A stretch of 64,000 nt of DNA, taken from Candidatus Desulfobia pelagia (lineage in GTDB: Bacteria; Desulfobacterota; Desulfobulbia; Desulfobulbales; SURF-16). The notes beneath the pieces were generated by a model that saw only the letters and a program-made list of their open reading frames with translations, had not been told where the DNA came from and made no database searches. Position numbers and translations under genes: made by a program. The stretch lies in NCBI GenBank assembly GCA_014382295.1, contig JACNJZ010000045.1, forward strand, positions 6,017-70,016. The letters are read 5' to 3'. This document shows positions 1-10,800 of the stretch, piece after piece; the first letter of the stretch is position 1; each line of letters opens with the position of its first letter.

Positions 1-525
1 GCTGACATAGAACTCATCGGTATGCTCGGGGCCTGTGGAGAAACAGATGCATGGCTCAAGAATCTTGCCGGCCTTCTGGACCTCTTCAAAGACCGCCTGC
101 ATGTTGGGGATGTGATTCATAAAGTCAAACACACGCCAGACATCGACATATTTTGCAAACTCCCGAACCGTCAGCCTGATAACATTCTGCGGATAAGGCC
201 TGTAGCCGAAAAGGTTCACACCCCGGCACAGGGTCTGAAACATTGTATGGGGCATCTTTTCCCGAAGAAGCTTCAGCTTCAGGAAAGGATCAACCTGTTT
301 ACGGAGGATATCAACATGTACTGAGGCGCCACCGGTAATTTCCAGAGAGAAATAGTTGGCTTTCTCCCGGCTCTCTGCGGCCATCAGGTCAGTATGGAGC
401 AATATCCTGTTTTTAAAATCAGACTGGGACAGATCCCGGGCTGTATTGGTGATATAATATCCGTCTGCTGCCCGAATCGTCTTGAGTACTTCCTTAATAT
501 CCATTCCTTGAACTATTCTGTCCAT
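1..525 (-). CDS. pycB: Pyruvate carboxylase subunit B-type carboxyltransferase (oxaloacetate decarboxylase alpha-like), N-terminal ~175 aa; gene runs off the left edge
   Basis: Absent from the ORF track (no stop in window). My minus-strand translation from the ATG at ~525 reads MDRIVQGMDIKEVLKTIRAADGYYITNTARDLSQSDFKNRILLHTDLMAAESREKANYFSLEITGGASVHVDILRKQVDPFLKLKLLREKMPHTMFQTLCRGVNLFGYRPYPQNV...DVWRVFDFMNHIPNM. This follows the HMGL-like carboxyltransferase pattern (DTT.RDAHQS / E.WGGATFD / LLRGQN.VGY / D.FRIFDALN). AAGGAG lies just upstream of the ATG, and the gene sits directly downstream of a biotin carboxylase gene. Confidence 0.8.
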   Translation of the reverse strand, partial: MDRIVQGMDIKEVLKTIRAADGYYITNTARDLSQSDFKNRILLHTDLMAAESREKANYFSLEITGGASVHVDILRKQVDPFLKLKLLREKMPHTMFQTLCRGVNLFGYRPYPQNVIRLTVREFAKYVDVWRVFDFMNHIPNMQAVFEEVQKAGKILEPCICFSTGPEHTDEFYVS

Positions 526-542
526 GGAGACTCCTTTTAAAA

Positions 543-623
543 GTTTTAAGTCAAAAGATTTAAGTTTTAAGCAATAGATTTCAGGTGCATTCTACTTAAA
601 ACTTAACACTTAAATCTTAAAAC
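543..623. repeat. Imperfect inverted repeat (arms 543-571 / 595-623) built from TTTTAAG-like sub-repeats, in the pycA-pycB spacer
   Basis: By hand alignment, arm 1 (gttttaagtcaaaagatttaagttttaag) matches the reverse complement of arm 2 at 23 of 29 positions. The loop is ~23 nt. Confidence 0.6.
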
Positions 624-672
624 TACTGTTTTCTGACTATATTTCTTAATCTAGACTGAAAAGCAACCGGCA

Positions 673-2112
673 TCAACTCGCGTAGGGATTCAATTCCTTA
701 TGGTGAATCTCAGCTATGAGACTGGCGAGTTTACTTCCTTCAGAGATATCTTCCTTGTATTCGAAGAGATGCTTATGGGTTTCGAGGAAGGACGTATCAA
801 AATCCCCTTTCTGAAAATCAGGGTCTTCCACCAGATTCAGATAAAAAGGAATCGTTGTTTTCGGGCCGGTGATGATATAATTCCGCAGGCATCTTCTCAG
901 TCTGTCCACTGTTTCATTCCAGGAATAGCCATGAACTGTCAATTTCACCAGCAGGGAGTCATATACTTCAGGAATAGTAAAACCCTGGTAGACAAAACCA
1001 TCAAGACGAACACCATAGCCACCCGGCGACCGATAGGTAGTAACCGTTTTTCCGCCTTCAGGCATGAAGTTATTCTGAGGATCCTCGGCGTTAATTCTCA
1101 TTTCGATTGCATGGCCACGGATCTGGATGTCATCCTGGGAGAAAGACAATTTCTTGCCGAATGCCAGTTTGATCTGGGTCCGTACAATATCGATGCCAGT
1201 CACCATCTCGGTTACAGTATGCTCAACCTGGACCCTGGTGTTTATCTCCATGAAATAAAATTTGTCCTTATCAACCAGAAACTCAACGGTGCCGGCATTG
1301 AAATAGTTGGATGCCTTGGCAGCCTTTACAGCCGTTTCACATATTTGATCAAGAAGCGCTTTATCCGGAATCATGGAAGGGGCAATTTCTACCAGTTTCT
1401 GATGACGGCGCTGGATGGAACAGTCCCTGGTGCCCAGGTGAATGGTAGTACCTTCTGCATCAGCCATAACCTGGACTTCAACATGCTTGGGATTGATTAC
1501 CATTTTTTCCAGGTACACACTGTCGTCATTAAATGCGGCCTTGGCCTCACTGCGAGCCTGGGGATACTCCTCTTTAAGCTGTGCATCGCTGTGCACTTCC
1601 CTGATTCCGCGGCCACCGCCGCCGGCCGTGGCCTTCAGCATTACCGGGTATCCGTATTGAGCGCAGAATTCCAGAGCCTCGTTCTCACCATCCTTGCCGG
1701 GAGAAAGATTCTGGGTTCCGGGAACCATGGGAATTCCTGCATCAGCCATAATCTGCCGGGCAATAACCTTGTTGCCCAGGTTATGAATGACTTCACTGGA
1801 AGGGCCAATAAAAATGATTCCCGCCTCTTCACACGCTTTGGCAAAATCAGGATTTTCAGCCAGGAAACCATAACCGGGATGGATAGCATCAACATCGTGC
1901 TCTTTCGCGGCTTTAATAACCTTTTCAATACTCAGATAATCAGACCGGGGGCCATCACCGATCCAGACAGCCTCATTGGCAATCCGGATATGAAGAGCCT
2001 CACTGTCCGGTGTTTCATAAATAGCGACAGCAGTATTTCCCAGCTCTTGAACCGCCCTGATAATCCGGATTGCAATTTCTCCGCGATTCGCGATCAGTAT
2101 TTTTTTCTTCAA
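673..2112 (-). CDS. pycA: Biotin carboxylase subunit (pyruvate carboxylase subunit A)
   Basis: 479 aa. Starts MKKKILIANRGEIAIRIIRA. ATP-grasp biotin carboxylase motifs are present (HPGYGFLAEN, KATAGGGGRGI, FMEINTRVQVEH). Assignment to pyruvate carboxylase rather than accC is inferred from the adjacent carboxyltransferase gene. Confidence 0.88.
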   Translation of the reverse strand: MKKKILIANRGEIAIRIIRAVQELGNTAVAIYETPDSEALHIRIANEAVWIGDGPRSDYLSIEKVIKAAKEHDVDAIHPGYGFLAENPDFAKACEEAGIIFIGPSSEVIHNLGNKVIARQIMADAGIPMVPGTQNLSPGKDGENEALEFCAQYGYPVMLKATAGGGGRGIREVHSDAQLKEEYPQARSEAKAAFNDDSVYLEKMVINPKHVEVQVMADAEGTTIHLGTRDCSIQRRHQKLVEIAPSMIPDKALLDQICETAVKAAKASNYFNAGTVEFLVDKDKFYFMEINTRVQVEHTVTEMVTGIDIVRTQIKLAFGKKLSFSQDDIQIRGHAIEMRINAEDPQNNFMPEGGKTVTTYRSPGGYGVRLDGFVYQGFTIPEVYDSLLVKLTVHGYSWNETVDRLRRCLRNYIITGPKTTIPFYLNLVEDPDFQKGDFDTSFLETHKHLFEYKEDISEGSKLASLIAEIHHKELNPYAS

Positions 2113-2253
2113 ATGATCACCTCTTCGTTTAATTGAAAGTCTTACTTTTTATAATGAACTAACATTTTGATTGAAATTTTCTGCCTAAAACCAGACTTTC
2201 ATAATTTATAAAAACAGAAACGGCCAATATAGCCGCTTATAAGCAGTACCTTT

Positions 2254-2395
2254 GATGGCGTCGTAAAAAATCCGACCTACTGCGTTGTAGCAATTTTCCA
2301 GGCACTAGGCACACCATATGTATGGCCTCGCACTTGAAAAATTGCTACGCCTTGTATATCAAACTTTTTACCTAGCCATCCCGAGACTTTTTACG
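2254..2395 (+). repeat. Structured intergenic repeat, copy A (~142 nt); a second copy lies in reverse orientation at 30301-30454
   Basis: Both copies share the blocks GATGGCGTCGYAAAAARTCCGAYCTACTGYGTTG and CGCCTTGTWTATCAAACTTTTTRCYTAGCCATC...GACTTTTTAYG. These flank a central hairpin whose stem differs in sequence between copies but still pairs. The termini CGTAAAAAATC / GACTTTTTACG are mutually complementary. The repeat was first noticed because two spurious track ORFs share the peptide LRLVYQTF.LAI. Confidence 0.75.
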
Positions 2396-2524
2396 AGATT
2401 GTCACCTTTGACAACCTGTATTGAACGGCGCATTATCACGGGGTCCCGCAAATCCTGCGCTTATTTAACAGAGCAAAGTAACAAAAAATATTTTTGGAGG
2501 CAAGGAGAATCGACTCCAGGCCCA

Positions 2525-4291
2525 TCACGTCAAGGCCTTGACCAGGCCCGATCTGCGCAACACCCTGGACGCTGCCGCCTCCCTGAACAGGGCAGGATCC
2601 CCCCACACTTCAACCGACTTTCTGGCCCGGGTCAAAGCCGTATATATCAACTCGGAAACCACTACAGGAGAAGGGATGTCAGGCAGAATGAGAAGCACAT
2701 GATCAAACTCTGAACCCTGACTTTTATGAACCGTCATCGCGTAGGATGTTTCATGTTCCGGCAGCTGCTGGGGAAGAAATGCACGGACAGCTGTTCCAGC
2801 GGAAAAATAGACCTGCGGCTGTTCCGCCACGCTTTTTTCCGCCCAGAAAAGACCTGAATCGCCATTATAGAGCTGCCGGCCATGATGATTCCGGCTCACC
2901 ATGACAGGTCTGCCATGATACCAGCTCCCGCCAGCTCCCAAAACGTCTGATGCCATCCTGTTTATGGACTTCGACCCCATTGGCCCATGGCGCAATGCGC
3001 ATAAAACGGCAAATCCAGCCATGCGGGACAATGCCTCTTCAGGTCCTGATGCCTCCAGGACATACTGCATGTGTTTCTGTATCCGTGACAACAGTTCAGC
3101 AGAAAACATATCGGCGGGAAAGCCTTCATGATCCCGCCAGCAGACATCCTTACATTTTTCATCCTTCAACAACACCAGCGCAGCCTCACCATCTCCCTCT
3201 TTTACAGCCCTGCTCACCAAGAAGATGCCGCTCTCTTCACTGAACCGGAAACTCTGTTTTAGTTCGACAAAAAAATCAACGAGTCCACCTGACGGGCCAA
3301 CAGGAAGACCCGCCACACCGGCCGCCGAAGCAAATTCATTAAACTTACAGGAGAAACCTTCCCTGGAAGCCCGGCATAAATCGCCAAAGACGGCTCCCGG
3401 CTGCACCGAGGCAAGCTGATACCGATCGCCAAGAAGAATGAGCCGACATTTCCCGGGTATTGCCGCCATAAGCCGCGCCATGAGAGGCAGATCAACCATG
3501 GAAGCCTCATCGACAACAACTATGTCGGCTGGCAGGGGATTGTCTTTATTGTAATGAAATCCAGCCCTGCCGCTTCCAAGAAGCCTGTGCACCGTCATGG
3601 CCTCGGCGACCATCTTATCCTTAACCGCATCACTGCAGAACAGACCCTGTTTCGCACCGGCGAGGGCCTCCTGCAGTCGTGCCGCTGCTTTTCCTGTGGG
3701 GGCGGCCAGCATTATTTTCACAGGCCTGTCGCCTGCCATTTCCAGGCAAAGGGCCAGCACTTTTGCCACAACTGTCGTCTTTCCGGTCCCCGGTCCGCCA
3801 CCTATAACACTGACCCTTTGCGAAAAGGCAACAAGACAGGCGACCTTCTGCCAGTTTATACCCCCACAATCTTCCTCTTCAGGAAATAGAAGCTCCAGGG
3901 CCCTTCCCACCTGAACCGAATCAATAGTGCCGATTCCAGCGCCTGTTCTTTCCCGCACAAAAGAGGCTACAGAGGCTTCATACATGTAATAGCGGTTCAG
4001 ATAAAGAAGTGGGGGATCAAAAATAAGGGGAGCATTGCCGCCGGGTCCTGTCACAACATCGGTTGACTGGAGACTGGCGGACCATTCATCCAGTGACGGC
4101 AAACAGCCCTCACCACCTTCGGGAAAACAGCCGGCAACAGTTGACAGATCCAGACAGATATTTCCCTGGGCGGTATGCCGACTGACCAGCTTTACCGCAA
4201 AACGCAGGTCTGCATCGCGTTTTCCGGAAAGGCGTTCAATACATTCAGCCAGGTGGGTATCAAGTGCTGAAAAGGTCCCAGGGATTTTCAT
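2525..4291 (-). CDS. recD: Exodeoxyribonuclease V alpha subunit RecD
   Basis: 588 aa. Walker A GGGPGTGKTT and an SF1 helicase C-terminus (YAMTVHKSQGSEF). 4-nt overlap with recB. Confidence 0.9.
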   Translation of the reverse strand: MKIPGTFSALDTHLAECIERLSGKRDADLRFAVKLVSRHTAQGNICLDLSTVAGCFPEGGEGCLPSLDEWSASLQSTDVVTGPGGNAPLIFDPPLLYLNRYYMYEASVASFVRERTGAGIGTIDSVQVGRALELLFPEEEDCGGINWQKVACLVAFSQRVSVIGGGPGTGKTTVVAKVLALCLEMAGDRPVKIMLAAPTGKAAARLQEALAGAKQGLFCSDAVKDKMVAEAMTVHRLLGSGRAGFHYNKDNPLPADIVVVDEASMVDLPLMARLMAAIPGKCRLILLGDRYQLASVQPGAVFGDLCRASREGFSCKFNEFASAAGVAGLPVGPSGGLVDFFVELKQSFRFSEESGIFLVSRAVKEGDGEAALVLLKDEKCKDVCWRDHEGFPADMFSAELLSRIQKHMQYVLEASGPEEALSRMAGFAVLCALRHGPMGSKSINRMASDVLGAGGSWYHGRPVMVSRNHHGRQLYNGDSGLFWAEKSVAEQPQVYFSAGTAVRAFLPQQLPEHETSYAMTVHKSQGSEFDHVLLILPDIPSPVVVSELIYTALTRARKSVEVWGDPALFREAAASRVLRRSGLVKALT

Positions 4292-7200
4292 TTCTTCACC
4301 AGCATGTCACTTAAATCGTTAATGAGTTCCAGATCTGGAAGATCATAATAGATCCCGCAGGATTGACCACTTTCAGGACGCACTCCCCGTAAAAACAGAT
4401 ACACTATGCCGCCAAAATATGTGTCATAGCGATAATCGGCAATACGGGTTTTCAGATACTGATGCAGAGCCACGGTATAGAGAAGATATTGGAGCATATA
4501 CATTTCCCGCACCATTACTTCCCTGAGAGTGTCTGCCCGGTAATACTCCAGGCGCTGGCCAAGATGATTTGATTTCCAGTCCACTATATAATAACGGCCG
4601 TTATATTCAAAAACGAGATCGATATACCCTTTCAGAAACCCCTCAACCTCATGAAAATCGAGACATTTCCCAACCCTTTCATCTATTCCGTGCTTTGCAA
4701 ATATCTTCTGCAGTGACCGCTTTTCCGAGAGTGCCAGCGGAAAATAAAATTCCAGCTCCGTCAGACGCTGTTCTGCCCTGACCCTGCCCAGCAGCAGTCC
4801 TGGCTCACCTGAGACAAGAGGCGTATGAACCACATTCTGCAGCATGCCCAGAATAGCATCCGACCATTCCACGGCATAACCGTATTGCTGGAGTTTGCGG
4901 CCAATAGAGTCACGCACATGTTCTGCACCGGAGGCAATGTCACCAAAATCAAGATGCTCCAGGAGGTCGTGCATGAAAGTTCCGGCACCTGCCCCCCTGG
5001 GAAAGGAAAAAATTGATCGGTATTCTTCCTCCCCGCCCTGATCTTTATTTTCTTCCAGAACAAAATCCCGGTCCGGCATTTCAGCCCCGCCACCATGGCG
5101 GGTCATTCCACTGAAACTTGTCACCCTCCAGCTGCTTGTTATCTTTACCTCAAAAGATCGGCAGGAAAGGCTCTCAACACCCATTCTGCCGTCAAAGCAA
5201 ACATCTTCGCCCTCTTCCACTACATTACGCAGTTCTATATTCGGCTGTCCCTTCTCCAGTAGAAGCTGGAGATCCTGCACAAACTCCTCATCAGACAACT
5301 TTTTATAGCGCCCGGCATCACCATGAAGCACCCAGGCCAGGGCTGAACTTTCAGCCGTGTTAAAAAGACCCCAGTAGAGATAGCAGCGATGCTTTGCCCT
5401 GGTCATTGCCACATAGAGCAGACGGATATTCTCCGCCAGCTCTTCGCGCCTGGCAAGATCCAGATGAACTCCGCTCTCCTCTGAACCAAAATCCAGGGCC
5501 GGCTTCATCGAGTTATCCGCCATATGAAAGGCAAACACACTCCCGGACTTCAATCGTGAGCCGCCCCAGGCAAAAGGACAGAAGACAATCGGATACTGCA
5601 ATCCCTTGGATCTGTGGATGGTGACAATCTGGACGCGGTCGGCATCACTTTCAAGGCGAAGCTGATGCTCTTCCGCCGTCCGGCTGGCTCCCTGCCGCTT
5701 CAAGGCAAAATACTGAAGAAGTCCGCCTACCCCGGCCCGCTTTCCCTTTGCGTACTGATGGAGGACTTCGCCAAGGTGAAGAATATTTGTCAAGCGCCGC
5801 TCTCCATCAGCAAAACGCAGGCACTGGCAATGAACCTTTCCTGCCACAAGCAGCGTCCGTAACATGCGGATAAAACCTTTTGACAGCCACAATTCATTAT
5901 ACCTGTGAAAAGCTGTCACATGCCCCAACCATTCCTGACCGGTTTCAGCTCCCTCCATGTTTCCAACAGTGCCGCCGAGCATATCTGTTGCCAGGGCAGA
6001 GCGGATCTTTCTGTCACTGCCGGGGTCTGCCGCCGCCTCCAGAATACGTTCCAGCTCCCATGCTTCACGACTCAGAAAAAGGTCGCCAGTTCCTTGATGA
6101 ACACTGACCACATTACAGGATGCCAAGGCCTCTTTCACCAGCTGCGCCTCTCTGTTGGTCCTGACCAGTACGGCTATATCATGGGGGCAGATCGGCCGTT
6201 GACCGATCTTTGCCTCCTCGTCTCTGCCAAGATTCAGCAAACGGCTTATCTCTCCTGCCATATCCCGGGCAATTCGTCGCTTAGCATCTGGGCTTTTTAT
6301 TCTCTTTTTATCACTTTCCAAACGATTGAGGATACACAGCTTGAGACCGGGCTCCTGATTCCCCCGGATGGTCAGATACTCCCTGTCTGTGATTTCCGGA
6401 GCGTGCACCGGAGCAAAAGAAATATCCTCATCACAGAAGACGTTATCCCGTCCTGCAAAAAAAGTGTTTACCGCCGCAATAAGTCCAGGAGCCGAACGAT
6501 AGTTGAACTCCAGCGATCTTCCTGAGCCAATATCACTGATAGCCTTTTTGTAGGTGAAGATATCGGCGCCGCGGAAACTGTATATCGCCTGTTTTGGATC
6601 GCCGATAATATACAACAGTGAACCTGGATCGCCCTCGTAGATTGTAGAAAAAATAGAATACTGGACCGGATCTGTGTCCTGAAATTCATCAATCAGGGCA
6701 GCAGGATATTGCCTTCGAATAGCCGCTGCCAGAGCCTGGCCGTTTCCCCCTGACAGTGATTCATCCAGCAGCACAAGCAGATCATCAAAGGAAAGTATAT
6801 TTTGCTTGTTCTTGCGGACTCTCAACTCAGCACTGCAATAGCGCATCCACTGCTGCTGAAGGGCGCAGACAAGGTCATCATACAGACGGCACAGTTCCGT
6901 GTCCCGGGCTAGAAACTCTCCGCACTGATCAAAAAAAGAATGGCTGGGCGGATCGGCGGCCTGCAGCGTTCCCTTCTCAATGGATTCAGTGGTGAATTTC
7001 GAAAAAGAGGCGGGCAGCTTACCGGGCAACAGTTCCCGTCTTTCTAAAACCCTTTCCAGATCAACAAGGTACTCCGGGATTTTCTCTTTTTTGTAGGAAC
7101 TCTGTTTAAACCCATCAAAGTTCAAGAAAATATCTTTTATGTGCTGGCGGCATACCTGCCAGCTCTGACGCAGCTGCTCAAATGTCCTGCCGTACTCTTC

Positions 7201-7860
7201 TTCGCGCCTGACCCCTTCCCTGCTTTCGAAAAATCCCTCAACCCAGCTCTCCTCAACAAACGGCAGAAAAACAAGATCCCTGCGATAATGCCTCATCAGA
7301 CTGGACAGGGACTCCGGAGCCATCTTCCTGACGGCATGTTTTATAAAACCGGGCGAGCACCTGTTGATGGTAAGACGCCAGAAATCCATGCCAACCTGAT
7401 GCAGAAGATCATCGACATCGGCCACCAGTTCCGTATCAAACAGGATAGAGCTTTCCAGGCCATTTTCCCGCAGCATCCTCTGACAGAAACCATGTATGGT
7501 AAAAATGGAAGCCTCATCAAAATTACGCAGAGCCTCCTGCAGCCGATGTTTTGCAGGAGCAAAATCACCTGTTTCTTCCAGAAGTCCAGAAATGAAACCA
7601 TCAGAAGAACGTCCCTTTTCAAAGGCCGAAAGCACCTTCAGGATCATTTCACGTATCCGGGTGCGCAGATCTTCTGTTGCCGCCTTGGTATAGGTCACGA
7701 CAAGGATAGTATCAACCGTCAGGTTTTTCTCGATAAGGAGCCTGACAAACAGCGCGGAGATCGTATAGGTTTTCCCTGTCCCGGCACTGGCATCAATGAG
7801 ATGTGCTCCGGACAGGGGGGCTGAAAAAATGGCAAATGGCGGAGCAGCAGAATGCGTCAT
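4288..7860 (-). CDS. recB: Exodeoxyribonuclease V beta subunit RecB
   Basis: 1190 aa. UvrD-like N-terminus (AGTGKTYTI) and a C-terminal PD-(D/E)XK nuclease motif (GYIDLVFEYNGRYYIVDWKSN). Overlaps both recC and recD by 4 nt. Confidence 0.9.
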   Translation of the reverse strand: MTHSAAPPFAIFSAPLSGAHLIDASAGTGKTYTISALFVRLLIEKNLTVDTILVVTYTKAATEDLRTRIREMILKVLSAFEKGRSSDGFISGLLEETGDFAPAKHRLQEALRNFDEASIFTIHGFCQRMLRENGLESSILFDTELVADVDDLLHQVGMDFWRLTINRCSPGFIKHAVRKMAPESLSSLMRHYRRDLVFLPFVEESWVEGFFESREGVRREEEYGRTFEQLRQSWQVCRQHIKDIFLNFDGFKQSSYKKEKIPEYLVDLERVLERRELLPGKLPASFSKFTTESIEKGTLQAADPPSHSFFDQCGEFLARDTELCRLYDDLVCALQQQWMRYCSAELRVRKNKQNILSFDDLLVLLDESLSGGNGQALAAAIRRQYPAALIDEFQDTDPVQYSIFSTIYEGDPGSLLYIIGDPKQAIYSFRGADIFTYKKAISDIGSGRSLEFNYRSAPGLIAAVNTFFAGRDNVFCDEDISFAPVHAPEITDREYLTIRGNQEPGLKLCILNRLESDKKRIKSPDAKRRIARDMAGEISRLLNLGRDEEAKIGQRPICPHDIAVLVRTNREAQLVKEALASCNVVSVHQGTGDLFLSREAWELERILEAAADPGSDRKIRSALATDMLGGTVGNMEGAETGQEWLGHVTAFHRYNELWLSKGFIRMLRTLLVAGKVHCQCLRFADGERRLTNILHLGEVLHQYAKGKRAGVGGLLQYFALKRQGASRTAEEHQLRLESDADRVQIVTIHRSKGLQYPIVFCPFAWGGSRLKSGSVFAFHMADNSMKPALDFGSEESGVHLDLARREELAENIRLLYVAMTRAKHRCYLYWGLFNTAESSALAWVLHGDAGRYKKLSDEEFVQDLQLLLEKGQPNIELRNVVEEGEDVCFDGRMGVESLSCRSFEVKITSSWRVTSFSGMTRHGGGAEMPDRDFVLEENKDQGGEEEYRSIFSFPRGAGAGTFMHDLLEHLDFGDIASGAEHVRDSIGRKLQQYGYAVEWSDAILGMLQNVVHTPLVSGEPGLLLGRVRAEQRLTELEFYFPLALSEKRSLQKIFAKHGIDERVGKCLDFHEVEGFLKGYIDLVFEYNGRYYIVDWKSNHLGQRLEYYRADTLREVMVREMYMLQYLLYTVALHQYLKTRIADYRYDTYFGGIVYLFLRGVRPESGQSCGIYYDLPDLELINDLSDMLVKK

Positions 7861-10800
7861 GGCATGTCCCCTCCGATTTCATCCAGATGACTCAGCAGGG
7901 GCATATACATTTTACGGGCAAGATCCTCAAAACGGTCACCCAGGGGGTGGGTATCATGATAACGGAAGGAAAAATAGATATCATCACATTCCCTGGCAGG
8001 ATTATACTCCCCTGCCCATTTCTCCCTGGCATCTGTCCGGGCCTTTGCTTCCTTTCCTTCTGCAGCCCACCGAGCAAAAACATATGATGTTTCAGTAAAA
8101 AACGGAATGGGCTCCGACAGACCCTGCCAGTATATATCGAGGAGAACGTTCAATGCAGCAGAGGGATTTGCCACAGGCCGCAGCTGCAATGTTTCGTCCC
8201 TTGTCAGGATCGTTGTTGTCCGGGGCAGCGATGTGTTCTCTTCAGCCTGGCAATTCAAAAGCAGATGCATGACCCAGGCCCGCAGCAGGTCCTTTCCTTT
8301 CAAGGACGCGCAACGTGCCAGGAGAAGTCCATTATCACGGAGATCAGGCAGCCGGCCCTGCACATAGAAATCACCGCATTGCACATCCACATCAAGGGGA
8401 AGGCCTTCCGTGAGACAATACTGACGGAGACGTTCCGTAAAAAGCAAGACATCATCGACAATCTCTGCACCGAATATGTCTCCGGGCGTTCCATGGGGCA
8501 GCATGCCTTTTGCCTTCAGAAGGGGCACTATCTCACCCTTTTCTTTTTCAGCAAACATCAGGGATACGGCATCATCAGACAGCTGATACCTGCTTAACCC
8601 GTCAATGCGGACAGGTTCATCATCTTCAGCAGACTCCATAGGCCTTCGAAGGACAATATCAAGCCGCCGGTTACAGAAAAAACGAACAGGATGCAGTATA
8701 AAAGCAATCAAATCCTGCATGGCAACCTGCCGGAACTCACTATCTGGAGGATCAAGCGGAAGATCCTGCCAGAATCCGACATCGGCATCGGCCCCTGCCA
8801 GGAGTTTTTCTGCGGCACGACAGTAGATCTCATCATAACTGAACAGCTTTCCGGATCGGAAATAATCCGGGCTGAAGGCCTGTAAACGCTGCCTGGTTAT
8901 CAGCTCTGGCTCTTCCTTTTCGCCCTCTTCCAAGCGGCAGGTCCGTGACACATACTCAAGCAGCTCAGACACCAGAACCGAAGGCGGCAGGACAGAATCA
9001 TCCCGGACAGACTGGCCGACAAAACTGACATAAAACTGTTTTCGTGCCGACAGCAGGGCTTCAAGGAACAGATAACGGTCGTCATTCCTGCGGCTGCGAT
9101 CACCGGGTCGGGGCTTTTGTGCCATTCTGTCAAAACTCATTACCGGCTGAGGCCTGGGGAAACTGCCGTCTTCCATGCCAAGCAGGCAGATTACCTTGAA
9201 GGGAACCGCCCGCATGGGAAGCATGGAACAGAAAGTAATGCCGCCCGTCAGATACCCATAAGGTGATTTTTCCTGTTCCAGCATCTGCCTGATATACGCC
9301 TTGACCACTTCCAGAGGGATACTGTCTGCATACGCTGCCCGATCCTGGTATGAGCCCAGAGAGGAGATCAGCGAACGCAGGAACAGGGCATCCTGTTCCT
9401 GCTCCTGCCCCACGGCCAAACATTCATCCAGAAGATCGAGAAGAAGCCGTGACCATGTGCTCAGATCCCAGCTCTTCTCCAAAAGCTCTATATGCCTGGC
9501 TATACAGGAAAAAGCGGCCATCAGACGGCCCAGGACATCCCCATCTCCCTCGTCTATCCCGTCATAGGGAAGAACTCCTTTAAAAAGCACTCCGCCTGAC
9601 ATGACATATCCGAGAAGGAGCCGGTCAAAACCGGCTCGCCAGGTATTTTCAGAAAAACCAGGAAGCCCCAACGCCTGTCTGTGCCCCTGATCCCTGCCCC
9701 AGCGAATAGCTGTCCCCTCAAGCCATTCAGCTATCTTTTCCAGATCATTTGTCAGCCCGAACCTGGCCTGAACCGGCTGATAATGGAGAACCTCCTGTAT
9801 CCTGCTGTTCTCAAACCGGCTTCCTGCCAACTCAAGAAGGGCCAGAAAACTGTCGGCCAGCTGATTCTGTCTGCCCATACTGCTGTCAGCTATCATAAAG
9901 GGCATATAACGGTGATCGTCTGTTCCCAGTTCAAAAACAGCCTGAACAAAAGGGGAGTAGACTTCAATATCCGGCGCCATGACAATAATATCCCGGGGCC
10001 GGAGGCTCTCATCCTCTTCAAAGAGAGAAAGCAGATGATTTTGAAGCACCTCCACTTCACGCATGGGACTGTGGCACGAATTAACCACGATTGAGCCATC
10101 ATACCTCCGGCCGCAATCACCTTCAGAGAGATCAAGAATATCCCGCTGAATGGACTGCAGCACGGTGTCGCCATCAGGAGCGGCATAGCAGTCTCTTTCC
10201 TGGAAATCATATTCCTGCAGCATGGCGAGAAAATCCCTCCCCAAGCCGCCCATGGATGCCAGCAATGAATTCCCTGTTTCCAGATAGAGATCCTCTCCGC
10301 CGGCACCGTGCTTCCTGGCAAAGTAAAATTTTTCTCTTTCTGATTGTATATCAGCCCACCACTGGCAACAGGGATTCAGGTGAAAAAAACAAACATCACA
10401 CTGTCGTGCAAGTGCGTTAAAAACCTTGAGGAACAGGGGGGGAAGAAGGGAGATACCGAATACGGAAATCCGGCCGGGAAGCGGTAGATCATGCCCACAC
10501 TCAAGCCTTTCCGCAAGCATTTGAAGGATACTCGCCCTGCTGGTCAGATTATATCTGTTGACAAGCATTCTCCAGAGAACAGCCTGCCAGTCAGTGTCTT
10601 CACCTCTTTCCCAGCTGCTGACAACATCCGGACGATAAACTGCATATTGATCAAAAAGGCCGGCAAGAGTCCGGGCCAGCTGATATTTCTTCAAAGGAGC
10701 GTCAGTATAATTACGGACAGAAAAAAAAACAGGACTGTCAGGCAAATCCTGAAACAGATTCATAATCTGCCAGACAGCCTCTTCCCTGTTATAAAAATGC

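Noticed and set aside
700-2136. 478-aa ORF on the + strand, nearly as long as pycA
   Set aside because: It is the mirror-frame ORF of the biotin carboxylase gene. The minus-strand product has unmistakable ATP-grasp/biotin carboxylase motifs, while the + strand product has no recognisable motif and an odd composition. This is a typical antisense shadow ORF.
2318-2713. 131-aa ORF sharing the peptide LRLVYQTF.LAI with the N-terminus of ORF 30027..30386
   Set aside because: The shared peptide is produced by translating the two copies of the intergenic structured repeat. The rest of the ORF overlaps the recD 3' end in antisense. It is kept as evidence for the repeat, not as a gene.
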